A stretch of 62,181 nt of DNA, counting the filler, from Vermamoeba vermiformis (taxonomy: Eukaryota): the NCBI GenBank assembly GCA_045837725.1. It is 6 parts of 6 records of this genome, joined end to end, with 100 filler letters (N's around TTAATTAATTAA, not from the genome) between each part and the next. Parts side by side here need not be neighbours in the genome. Positions count along the whole stretch, not along the records: positions 47,867 to 59,542 come from JBEWZL010000187.1; positions 59,643 to 62,181 come from JBEWZL010000192.1; 4 more parts are not named here. One strand, 5' to 3'. A model generated the notes under the pieces. The model did no database searches. It saw only the letters and a list, made by a program, of their open reading frames with translations, and had not been told where the DNA came from. Numbering within the stretch: position 1 is the first letter of the stretch; each line of letters opens with the position of its first letter. The position numbers and the translations under genes were made by a program. Below are positions 51,876 through 62,181 of this stretch, piece after piece.

Positions 51876-53010
51876 GATTGTGGACAGTTGTGTACTTCTA
51901 GCTGAAAAAATAAAAGACGAATGAAAAACACAGACGGAGCCAAAAAAGAACGTTGCGAGAAATTTATCAGATCGAATTATTAGCCCACACACGACACGAT
52001 TAATATATATGCTACTGACTTTGTTTATTGGCGAGGAGGTTATTATGTTCCTAAAGCGGCCAACGATCTGAAGAGCGCGTTTTACGCAGATTAGATTTGT
52101 TTTGAGCCCGCGAGGTAATTATTGGGTATAATTTTCCAGACTACATTAATCCATATTTTTTTAAGCCGTGATTATATTTTGGGGAGGACGACAAATTGTT
52201 TTTTAGATCGAAGATATTTTCTTTTTACCTGGATGCAATTTTTCTTTACCCTCACTAAATCATGTTATCGTCATAATTAATTCAATGAATTTTATGCACA
52301 GAGCGCTTGATTTTGCATGTTGTCGATTAATTCTGTATCCGCAAGCAACTCAACATTTTGCCATGAAAGCCTTGATCTTGCAACGGTTTGACCAGCAGTC
52401 ATTGTGCAAGTTAACCCCTCAATAGCGATATTAGTGGCATTCGAATATACCGCTAATTGCTACTGGCAAAAAGATCCGCTCGCAAGGTGAGTGTTTGTTA
52501 GCTTGTTTAGTTCTAAAATTTAGCACATACATACGTTTCTGTTCTGGCTAGCTAAATCGTGCTTAGATTATTAAATTGCCGAAAATTTTGTTTCTAGTCT
52601 TTTCGGCACGTGGCCAGTACGCGAGTACGGTTTCAACAAGCTACAAGCGCTAAATTAACCACTCGCATCAAATTAGCTAATTAGTAGTATTAAATAATTA
52701 CATTGGCAAATGTATTTCCTTTTGGCCTTACCCGCAAAATTTTCTCTCTCGGTGGTTTCATGGATGAAAATCTTGATTTTATCATTGTACTCACTCATGT
52801 TTGGCTATATTGCTGAAATTCGAGTTAAAAGGTTCATTTAAATAGATTCGTTCGTATTGCGGTTCAAGAATCTCCAAAAACAAATTGTGTACGATGCCAA
52901 TGCCGCATTTTCCACCCAATTTCGATTATTTACATAAAAGCAACGGCACGGCGAATTTAATTTCATTTTAATTTCTGGATTGTAATTCAATACCACAACT
53001 GCCGCCAGAA

Positions 53011-55995
53011 ATGATGACGGCAAACGTGATGTTGGTTATAATAGCTTTATTGATTGCTTCGTGCGGATTGGTGACGTCTACTCCGACATTTGCATCTACT
53101 GATGGAACTTTCAGAGCTAATTGGACTATTAGTGGCTCATCCATAACCTTTATGATGAGCGGATTAGGTACTGGCGGATGGGTTGGCATTGGCTGGAACA
53201 TGAATGGAGGCATGCCTAATTCTGACGTCGTGGTTGGTAAGTTTAATTTCAGTAATACATGTTCTCTATTACTAGGTCTGCTTATTGATGGGACTGTTAC
53301 CAGGTTGGATCGACAATAGCAACAGAGTTACTGTTTTGGATCGCTGGGCGTCAACTAGAACTGTTCCATCAACGGATACTTCACTAGGAGGTATGCGTAA
53401 TTAATTTAATATTTTATTAATAATATTACCCGTTTGATTTCTTCTCCAAACATCGGGTAATTTTGACGCGGAGAAATTTCCACCGCGAATCAAAATTAAA
53501 TCCATAAATAAAAATAACGTCATAAATTACAGGTACCAACGACGTAACTAGCGTTAAAGGCTACGTTGAGACGTACAACGGAGCTCAATGGACAACTTTT
53601 ATCTTCACTCGCCCTCTTAACTCCGGTGACTCACACGACGTCCCTATAATTAACAGCTCGATGCATATGATCTATGCAGTTGGTTCATCAGGTTCTGTGA
53701 ATTATAACACGGGAAATTTCAAACAACACTCGAGCAGAGGTGATGTCATCGTCAACTTTTTCGAACCAACAGTTGCCGTTGTGGATGTCCGTAAGTACCA
53801 ACAAGGCACTAGGTATAAAGTAGGTACTTACTATTATACAGCTATTGCTCTCACGCCAATCACAGTTGTCAACGCTACCGGAGCTGGCACGTCCTTTTCC
53901 TCTTCAGACGGAAGTTTCCGTGCGAATTGGACTATTAGCAGTTCGTCAATCACGTTCATGATGAGTGGCCTGGGCACTGGTGGATGGGTCGGCATGGGCT
54001 GGAACATGAATGGAGGCATGCCTAACTCGGATGTAGTAGTTGGTACGAAAATTTATTCTTCACGCTAGCAGCTTGGCTTTGACTTTTAAGCGTTATTATC
54101 GAGACTGACGTAAAGTCAATTCTTAGGTTGGATCGACAACACCAATGCCGTAGTACTCACCGATCAATGGGCTGCAGATCGAACCATGCCTTCAACGGAT
54201 ACGTCCTTGGGAGGTAATTAAAGCCTTGTAAGATACCTTCGTGCTCGATACTGATGCATTCATACAGGTTCTAATGACGTAACAAATGTTCAAGGCTACG
54301 TTGAGACCTACAACGGAGCTCAATGGACGACTTTCATCTTCACTCGTCCTCTTAACTCCGGTGATGTTAATGACGTGGCAATCACCAACACTCCCATGCA
54401 CATGATCTACGCGGTTGGTTCATCTGGTTCCGTGGATTACACGACGAATACGTTCCAACAACACTTGACGCAAGGTGACGTCATCGTCAACTTTTTTGAC
54501 ACGAACGCTGTAGTTATCACGTCACGTAAGTCATTAGCTCTGATAGCCTAATATGGTATGATATTCACAACTATCTATTTTGCAGCTGTGTCAAGCTCTG
54601 GCAGCACACCAGTCGTGTCTGTTGCAAGCGGGAACTCAACGAATGACAACTTGTACGCGTCTCCTGATGGCACGTTCAAAGTCAAATGGACAATCAACCA
54701 AAACAACATTACATTCACTATGAGCGGTGTCACATCAACTGGTTATGTTGGCATTGGTTGGAACACCTACGGTGGTATGCCCAAATCGGATATGGTAGTC
54801 GGTAAGCCCTAAGCTTTATTCAACAAGGGATTATAACCTGATCGTTGTGCTTGAAGGTTGGATCGATAATAATGGTGCCGCTGTGGTCTTGGACACATGG
54901 GCCTCTAGCCATGACATGCCCAGTTTGGACACGAGCCTTGGTGGAGACTCTTACGTGTCTAATGTCTCGGCTTCAGTAGACAAGATCAACAATGTGAAGT
55001 GGATGACGATCACCTTCACTAGACCGTTGAGCGTGACAGACAAGTACGACGTGTCTATCACTAACCAACAATTGCACATGTTGTGGGCAGTCGGATCTGA
55101 CGGATCAGTCAATTACGCCACCAAATATTACTCTCAAGTAAGGATATTATGATCTTCTATACGATCGAAAGCTAATAGTATTCTTCCAGCATTCAACGCA
55201 GGGCGACGTGTTGATCAATTTCTTCAGCGGCAACACGCTTTGCGGAGCCTCGGCAAAGGCCAACAATGTATTTTTCAAGGTCCACGGCGTGTTGATGGTG
55301 GTGGGCTGGACGATGATGCTCTTTGTTGGCACTTTCATCGCTCGTTACTTAAAGCCACTCACGAAGAATTGGTTCAAAGCTCACGTCGCGCTTCAGACCA
55401 TTGGATGCGTCGTGGTGCTGGTAGCTTTTGCACTCATTTTGATCTACTACAATGGAGGCTTTACCGTCGGCTGGCATCAAATTGTTGGCATTGTGGTCAT
55501 CGCTGGAATGGTCGTGCAACCTATTATCGGTGGCATTGCCGATAAAATGTACGATCCGTCGAGATCCAAGGCACCGATCTGGCCTGATCAGATCCACTGG
55601 TGGATCGGTCGTGGTACTTCTGTGATCGCCATAGCCGCTATCTTCTTGGGCATTCGAGAGTACATGCCTGATTCACTCGTTGCGTACATTCTCTTCGGCG
55701 CCTATTGCCTTTTGACCTTCATTATTATTTTGGTGGCCGAGCTCAAAGTTGGCTCCAAGCACGAGAACGAAATCTACGAAGAAGATATGACCGTAATAGA
55801 TGGTAAGCAGCTTCAAGTTTGACTTTGTATCGGCGCTTCTCTAACAAATATTTGTCAGGTGCTAAAGTAGAAAAACGAAAAGTGCAACGAGCACGAAGTC
55901 TCTTTGCAGCTTGGCTAGTGATAGGCTTTTTAATATTGATTGCGTTCATGATCTTCATTATTCTCAATGGAATCTCGAACATTTCTGGATGTTAG
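53011..55995 (+). CDS. Membrane protein with signal peptide, three DOMON domains and a cytochrome b561 domain
   Basis: Three GWVG(I/M)GW/GYVGIGW..GGM..SD.VVGW repeats each with a distal QH; HGVLMVVGW, WFKAHVALQ, HQIVG, HWWIGR (b561 histidines); extra C-terminal TM; stop at 55993-55995. Confidence 0.9.
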
Positions 55996-56471
55996 GCCGA
56001 ACATAACGGTACTTGTAAAAAGTTTTGTAATTTAGAACATCAAAAAAATCTCGTAGCTCTATCCAGATTGATTATTCCTGCTTTTAATTGGCGGATCAGT
56101 TTATTCAACAAGTCAATTAAAACCATCCGAAGCTAAATCTGAATTTACCAAAGTTCGTGGTCGTTATTTATTTTTACATTATTTAGCAATTAAAATTAAT
56201 GAATCGTCATCGTACTTTTGATCAAGATTGAACTTGGTATTGGTGTTATGATAAATTCACGGGAAAAACTTCGTTGATTTTTCGTTGTGCTCTCGTCAGA
56301 AAACCAGAAAACAGTCTCGTTATGCAACCCTCAATTTTTGGTCAGGTCACCAAAACCAATTACTAGTAATAGAACATTAAATATCTGTGCTATTATTCGC
56401 CGAGTCTTCAAATCTGCATCTAGCGGATATTGTCATTTGGTGACGCTACCTTGAAGACCGAATTGCTGCGC

Positions 56472-56833
56472 ATGGATTTGTTACCTGCGGAAATAGAATC
56501 TAACATTTTTGGCCTGCTAGATGCGTCAGATTTAACGAAGTAAAATTTTAAAATAAAAACGCTTTCTCTTGCTGATTGCTGTTTTATAGGCTTTTGTTGG
56601 TCAACAAAGAGTGGAATATCCGTGGAATACAGTACGTTAGTCGATCAGTCTTAGGCCAGGTTCCAGTTGTTTACAGCGACGACCGCACAATCAAGATCCA
56701 AACTAATTCACAACAACAATCAAATATCGTTATCAGCTCTTTGCGATATTTAAAACAGTTGGAAGCTATTGAAAGCATTCACTTTTATGAAGTCGATGAA
56801 CACATAAGTATTAGACTTGATGTAATTTTTTGA
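56472..56833 (+). CDS. 5' part of an F-box gene interrupted by repeats/retroelement
   Basis: MDLLPAEIESNIFGLLDASDLT|LLLVNKEW; the frame ends where the TGCAATTGC array starts. Confidence 0.6.
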
Positions 56834-56836
56834 TTC

Positions 56837-57945
56837 TGCATGCAATTGCGTAAACCAGCATGCAATTAACCAAACTGGCTTGCAATTGCCAAAACTGCGC
56901 GCAATTGCCAAACCTGTATGCAATTTGCTGAAACTGCGCGCAATTGCCGAACCTGCGTGCAATTGCCGAACGTGTGCGCAATTGCCGAAACTGCGCGCAA
57001 TTATCGAACTGCACTCAATTGCTGAACTGCGCACAATTGCCGAACCTGCGCGCAATTGCCAAACTGCATGCTATTAACCAACTTGAATATATTTATGTGT
57101 TACACAGTACATATGCTTTACATAGCTTGCCAATGAATATCAAAGCTTCCACTTAGTATTTTCAAGTCAATTGAGGTCATAGTGACCAGCAATGGCTCCA
57201 TTCTATTAATTAAATCACCCATGAGGGATTTACATATAAAAAAAACAATAATTAGAGCCACTGGAATGTGACAGCAATGGTGAACAGTTTGCTCAGGAAA
57301 ATCATTGCCAACATGAACAAGCATTAAAGGGTGGATTACAAGGCAAGATCACTAGATAATTATTCCTTGGCAATTTGCATCACAGGTAGATAGGGCAAGT
57401 TGTGAGCCTGAGGCCAACCTGTGCATCCCCTCTCAGGCTCCTTCTATCTCCTACAGCTGCTCTGTAGTCTCCCAACCTCCTCTGTTACTTGCCCCTGGCT
57501 TTCCAATTTCTTTGCCTTGTGTACTAATCCTCTTGGATTAATTGTATTTTGCTTTATCTGGCAGAATTGGCTATGCCTGCTTGCGTCAGTGCTAGGGCAC
57601 ACTCAAGGTGTCCCAACATGTTGCTGCTAGTACCCAAAGAAAATGATGGATTGTGAATTGGCACAAGCAAATTGCCAAACCCTGTGTGCAATTTGCCGAA
57701 CTGCGTGCAATTGCCGAAACTGCACGCAATTGCCAAACTGCACGCAATTGCCGAACCTGCGCGCAATTGCTGAACGTGCGTGCAATTGCCGAAACTGCGC
57801 GCAATTGCCGAACCTGCATGCTATTGCCAAAACTACGTGCAATTGCTTAAACTATGTGCCGTATGCTGAAACTGCGTGCAATTTACTCAAACTGTGTGCA
57901 ATTGCATGCTTGTGCGTATAATTGCACGCATGTGCAAGCAGTTAC
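56837..57945. repeat. Two TGCGCGCAATTGCCGAA(A)C minisatellite arrays (56837-57075, 57653-57945) flanking a CpG-poor ~570-bp core
   Basis: 18-19-bp units with palindromic GCAATTGC seen directly. Confidence 0.85.
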
Positions 57946-59358
57946 AGCAAGTCTATTACGGCGTTCATGATAGTTGTCAGTGCGTTGACGTTTGCGTGAG
58001 TAGCAGTCATTCTGTTTGTGGCCTTTCTTCCCGCAGTTGTAGCAAGTGATGTGGTCGAGGCAGTCTTCCGAGCGATGGTTCCTACGACCACAATAGCGAC
58101 ATTCTCGATTGTTATTATAGAACTTACGTTGCCCATAGTGTCGATCGGTGCGAGTGTCCCGTTCTCTCGCACGATCTATCGCGTTGACATCGTTAAACTC
58201 TACGTGTGGAGCCACGGTCGTTCCCACGGAGTTTACGGAGGGCTGCGCGTTATTGACAACGTTGATGTTGTTAACGTTGTTCACTATTCGTGGTTTCTTC
58301 AAGTTCTCGTTATCAGCGATGATTTTAACGAGACCATAGTAGTCGACATTAGGATAGAAGACTTGAAGACCATCACGCAGGGATTGAGGCAATTTCTGCC
58401 ACAATATTCTCTTGCGATTGACATCGCTCAGCTGTAGCACGTGCGAAGAAGCCAACTCGAATTCACGTAAGAAGGTACTGAAGTTGACGTTGAGGGCGTC
58501 CCACTGCAACTCGTCGAGGCGTTCATGGTGGACTAGCTCGCTGTTGGCGGTGTAGAATGCATTTTCAAGCCATCGCAGGTACTCTTCAACGGGTCTCGCT
58601 GTTAAGTCCCTAAAAATGCCGTTAAATTGTTTGCGCACTTCCATGTCAATCTTCTCATAAAACAAAAGCTGTTTGGTATGCACAGACAAGCCTTGCGTTA
58701 GTTGACGAAACATGTGCGTCCAGGTCAGAGTATGTTCCGGGTTCCCGTTGAATTCTTTGATGACGGATCTGGCTGTCTTGAGTGCTTGCTTCCTATCCAC
58801 TGGAGGGTTTTCATTTCTTCTTCGTTGCTCTCTACGATTGCATAGATAATCTTCGTAATCTCGCGGGTCAAAGCTTTCGTCTTCGGATTCCGATCCAGAC
58901 TCGCTGGATCTTGACTCGTTAGATCTACGGCTGTCATGATTGCTACTGCTGGAACTAGAATCACTAGGCTCAGGCTCCTCGTTCTCTCCTCTTAGATCTT
59001 CTTCTTCGAGATTTTCCGCTGACGAATTTGACGGTTCTTCGTCGGAGTTTTCTCGTTCGTTCCGTCTTCGAGCAGCTTCTCTGCGATTGATTCTACGACG
59101 ATCTTCTAGTTGAGCTTCTTCTTCGTCGTTTCCTTCCTCCCCTTCTTCGTCTCTTGGTCTCCGTCCTCTTCTAACGTTAACGGCAGCGGCAGCACGTGCA
59201 CGATTTTCACGCAAAGTTCTCAAACGCCTTAGATTCTTCAAATCTTTGCGTTGTTCGTTCGTGAGCTCGTCGCGTGGAATTGCTTCTAACTCTTCAAGAG
59301 TATAATCTTTCCCTAACCGTCTCCTCCTTTCCATAATTGAGTTTTTCCGATGCACCAA
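57883..59358 (-). mobile_element. Retrotransposon Gag-like ORF with two CCHC zinc knuckles, truncated before pol
   Basis: CRYCGRRNHRSEDC and CYNCGKKGHKQNDC; capsid-like IKEFNGNP..W region; ORF runs into the minisatellite. Confidence 0.8.
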
Positions 59359-59642
59359 TGTAATGAAGGTGGTCGGATGCAGTTACCAAAAATAAAGAGA
59401 CGTGTGTTAGAGTTAACGAAAATAACAAATCGATTTATTTGACTGTCAGTCTCGTTACTATGTACAAGATACACGAATTTCGATTCGGAGATTTCTGTGA
59501 CATCACGTGTCACCACTCCGTCTATAATTAGCTTCATCACACNNNNNNNNNNNNNNNNNNNNNNNNNNNNNNNNNNNNNNNNNNNNTTAATTAATTAANN
59601 NNNNNNNNNNNNNNNNNNNNNNNNNNNNNNNNNNNNNNNNNN

Positions 59643-60595
59643 CCTTTACAGCCCTGAAATGACATATATGCCATTGGCAATTATTCCATTAGTAATTGAA
59701 ATTTTCTGAAATCTTTTTAACCATGGCTTATTGGTCCTTGAATGTATGTTGGGGTACCATAACAATTGATCTTGCATTGCATGATTCCAACAGGCACTTG
59801 AAAACGTCGTTTTTTAAGATTCAAAATTTTGGTTTATCAAACGGCAGGCAGCTTAATAGCAAGCAAATTCATTTATATTTCATATCTATGCTATCTATTA
59901 GTCAATGAACCATGCTAGCAAATATGGCTGCGGGATCTTGCTGTGGTGCCCTGCTGGCAGTTTGAGTCAAAGTGATGTCAGTGACTCCACCTCTGCACAG
60001 CAGAGCATCCTTAATTGGGGATTTAAACACCCTAAAGCTATACTTGCTGTCTACCATGCATTGGTGGCATAAGTTTGTCTGACAACCGAAATTGACATTT
60101 GGACCCCATAAACCCAACTTTGAAGTTTTTTGCAAAATTTTGTCAATTTCGACAGTATATCAAGGAGGACTATAACATTACAGTATAGTATGGTATATAT
60201 AATAAGCTTTCAAATCGCACCTATTTTGGAATTATATTTGCAGGAATAAAGGGGAGGAACATGCTTGAGTCATTAGCATAGTATGCGATGTCCAGCAAAG
60301 TGATCAAGATGTATTGGTATAGCCCTCCCTAAAATATGTTTCTACATACATACTATTATTAACTATGATATGAGTTTGGAATATTGTCCTCTTGCTACTT
60401 TGTCAATTGCAAAATGAAAAATGTAAAATAATTGAATTCGACAATCTTTTTGTGGACAAAGGAATTTGAAGCAAATATCCATGGCTCCAGATACACTTTG
60501 GGGTAACTATTTATGCCTGAAAATTAGACTGTGAAATTTCTTGTTGTAAGAAAGGTAATGCAAAAGTATCAATTTTGTCGGCAGGGCTGTAAAGG
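59643..60595. mobile_element. Non-autonomous TIR element (MITE, ~950 bp) apparently within an intron
   Basis: Perfect 14-bp TIR CCTTTACAGCCCTG (59643-59656) / CAGGGCTGTAAAGG (60582-60595); no coding capacity; branch/acceptor follows at ~60611-60632. Confidence 0.8.
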
Positions 60596-60632
60596 ATATC
60601 AAAACAGAGACTAATATTAGCTATATTTTAAG

Positions 60633-62026
60633 GTTATCAATCGTATCTAAGCAGTTATATGCGTTAATATGGCCACTTGTGACTCACATCGCAATATCGG
60701 ACATGCATCCCGCTTTATTCAGAAATTTCGTACTCAGTCGTCAATTCACCAATTTGATCAGCTTCAAAGTCACATCACTGCCTACTGTACATTGCATTTT
60801 CAAACGACCATTAGACAACGTGTTTTACCGAGGAAAATCTCGTACAATAACAAATCTCGAAAAAATCTCCGTAGCATCAGTTCTAGCGAATTGCACCAAT
60901 CTCAAACACGTTAAAATTGACGGAAGATTACCATATGTTGATATTATAGATACCTTATCTGTTATGACCACATTAGAATCGATCGAACTAGACCATGTAG
61001 ATCTGTCGGAAAAAATTCTCGACTTACGAACCTTTTCCAATCTAAACTTGGTCAAATTCTCATTGAAGAATTCCAATGCTTGCAATGGTAAGTCCAAAAA
61101 AGAATTTTATAGAACGCTAGTTAATGTTCAGGGCAGTGCACGGACTTGAACTCTTCACGAACTTGCAAAGCCTTCAATTCATCAATTGCCGTACAATATC
61201 GAACCTCGATTATATTGCAAACTGCAGTAATATAGCAACGAGATTAACATCGTTGAATATTTCAAAATCTCAAAGTTTTGCAGTTAGTCTCGAATGGATC
61301 TCAAGATTGACGAACTTGCTGTCACTCAATATTGAAGATTATAATTACATGGCTACGGACGATTTGTGTTCTATTGCGAAACTAACAAAATTAACACGAC
61401 TGTTGATAAATAATGCGTCAATAACCAAACATGAATTCGCACTTACAACGCTGACGAATCTGAGAGAAATTTCAGTATCATCACCAACTATCGGTATTAC
61501 AGCCTTAACGAACTTACGGAAAGTTGCTATTTACCACGATATAAGCCTAATGAGCGATGTCATACAGATGCCTGAAGTAGTGGATCTGTCACTGAATTAC
61601 TGCCACAATGTTTACGATAGCAATTCATATTGGCACTTGCTATCAACTATGACCCAATTAACACGACTATCACTTTGCGTCTCGAGTTGCGATGTTCGTA
61701 CATTAGATACGTTCATTGCACGTCTCTCCAACCTTGCTGAACTGGAATACCATGGCCCATATGAAAGTACGTTAATTAATTGTTAGATACGATTCACTTC
61801 TTATTCTGACTTGATGATAGAAGTACCTAATTGGTCATTTTTTTGTGCTCTCCCAAGCCTTCGCACTTTGGCAATCCCAAGCTACGCAATTACAAATAGT
61901 GATCAGTTGTCACTATTTACTCACTTAAACCTACTAAGGATTTACTCTACATCCGGAACAAGTGCTCAATTTGATTTGAATCAATGCAACATTCCAATTG
62001 AGCATTTATTGTATGATAAGTATTAA
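60633..62026 (+). CDS. Leucine-rich repeat protein, 5' part missing (multi-exon)
   Basis: Repeated LxxLTxLxxLxI/L motifs across ORFs 60679, 61124 and 61811. Confidence 0.8.
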
Positions 62027-62181
62027 TAAATTATGAAAAATTCATTCACCATATTAAATTGTATTACAGTGCCTTGCTACCTTACGGTGGAATGGCGGAT
62101 CTGCTTTCTGTTCATTTTTTTCGCTTTATCACTCCGTCCCTCCAATCGATATCAACAGGCACGCAGAATAAGATGCGATTG

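Noticed and set aside
56750-57921. Numerous Cys-rich ORFs (also 27230-27628)
   Set aside because: Translations of minisatellites
56472-62026. Joining the F-box exons to the LRR gene as one F-box/LRR gene
   Set aside because: An artificial spacer lies between them, and the visible donor (phase 0 or 1) does not match the phase-2 acceptor at 60632; possible but unsupported

Overview
Intron-rich eukaryotic (protist-like, possibly amoebozoan) DNA. It consists of six contigs joined by artificial 100-nt spacers (N44-TTAATTAATTAA-N44), so adjacency across spacers is unknown. Contig 1 (1-14687) is a chromosome end. It carries palindromic satellites, then an ~8-kb locus of ~40 regularly spaced GT-AG introns whose exons appear non-coding but are full of repeated, partly covarying hairpins (candidate multi-exon structured lncRNA in three diverged units), then a (TTAGGG)n telomere. 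Contig 2 has a membrane/coiled-coil gene, a Crinkler/RHS-type P-loop NTPase and a coiled-coil pseudokinase. Contig 3 has a Ulp1-fused Sola-type transposase broken at a telomeric seed, plus an intron-containing tyrosine-recombinase/chromodomain element with cargo genes. Contig 4 starts with a complete 6.07-kb TIR transposon whose spliced transposase is USP-like protease + Sola-type DDD core + chromodomain, plus a second BAH-like gene. It then has two F-box genes, a divergent histone H4 (K12M, K20R) and GAPDH. Contig 5 has a GRAM-domain gene, La protein, a 3xDOMON-cytochrome b561 gene, and an F-box gene interrupted by a minisatellite/Gag remnant. Contig 6 has a MITE and an LRR gene. All domain calls come from motif recognition by eye, not from database searches.
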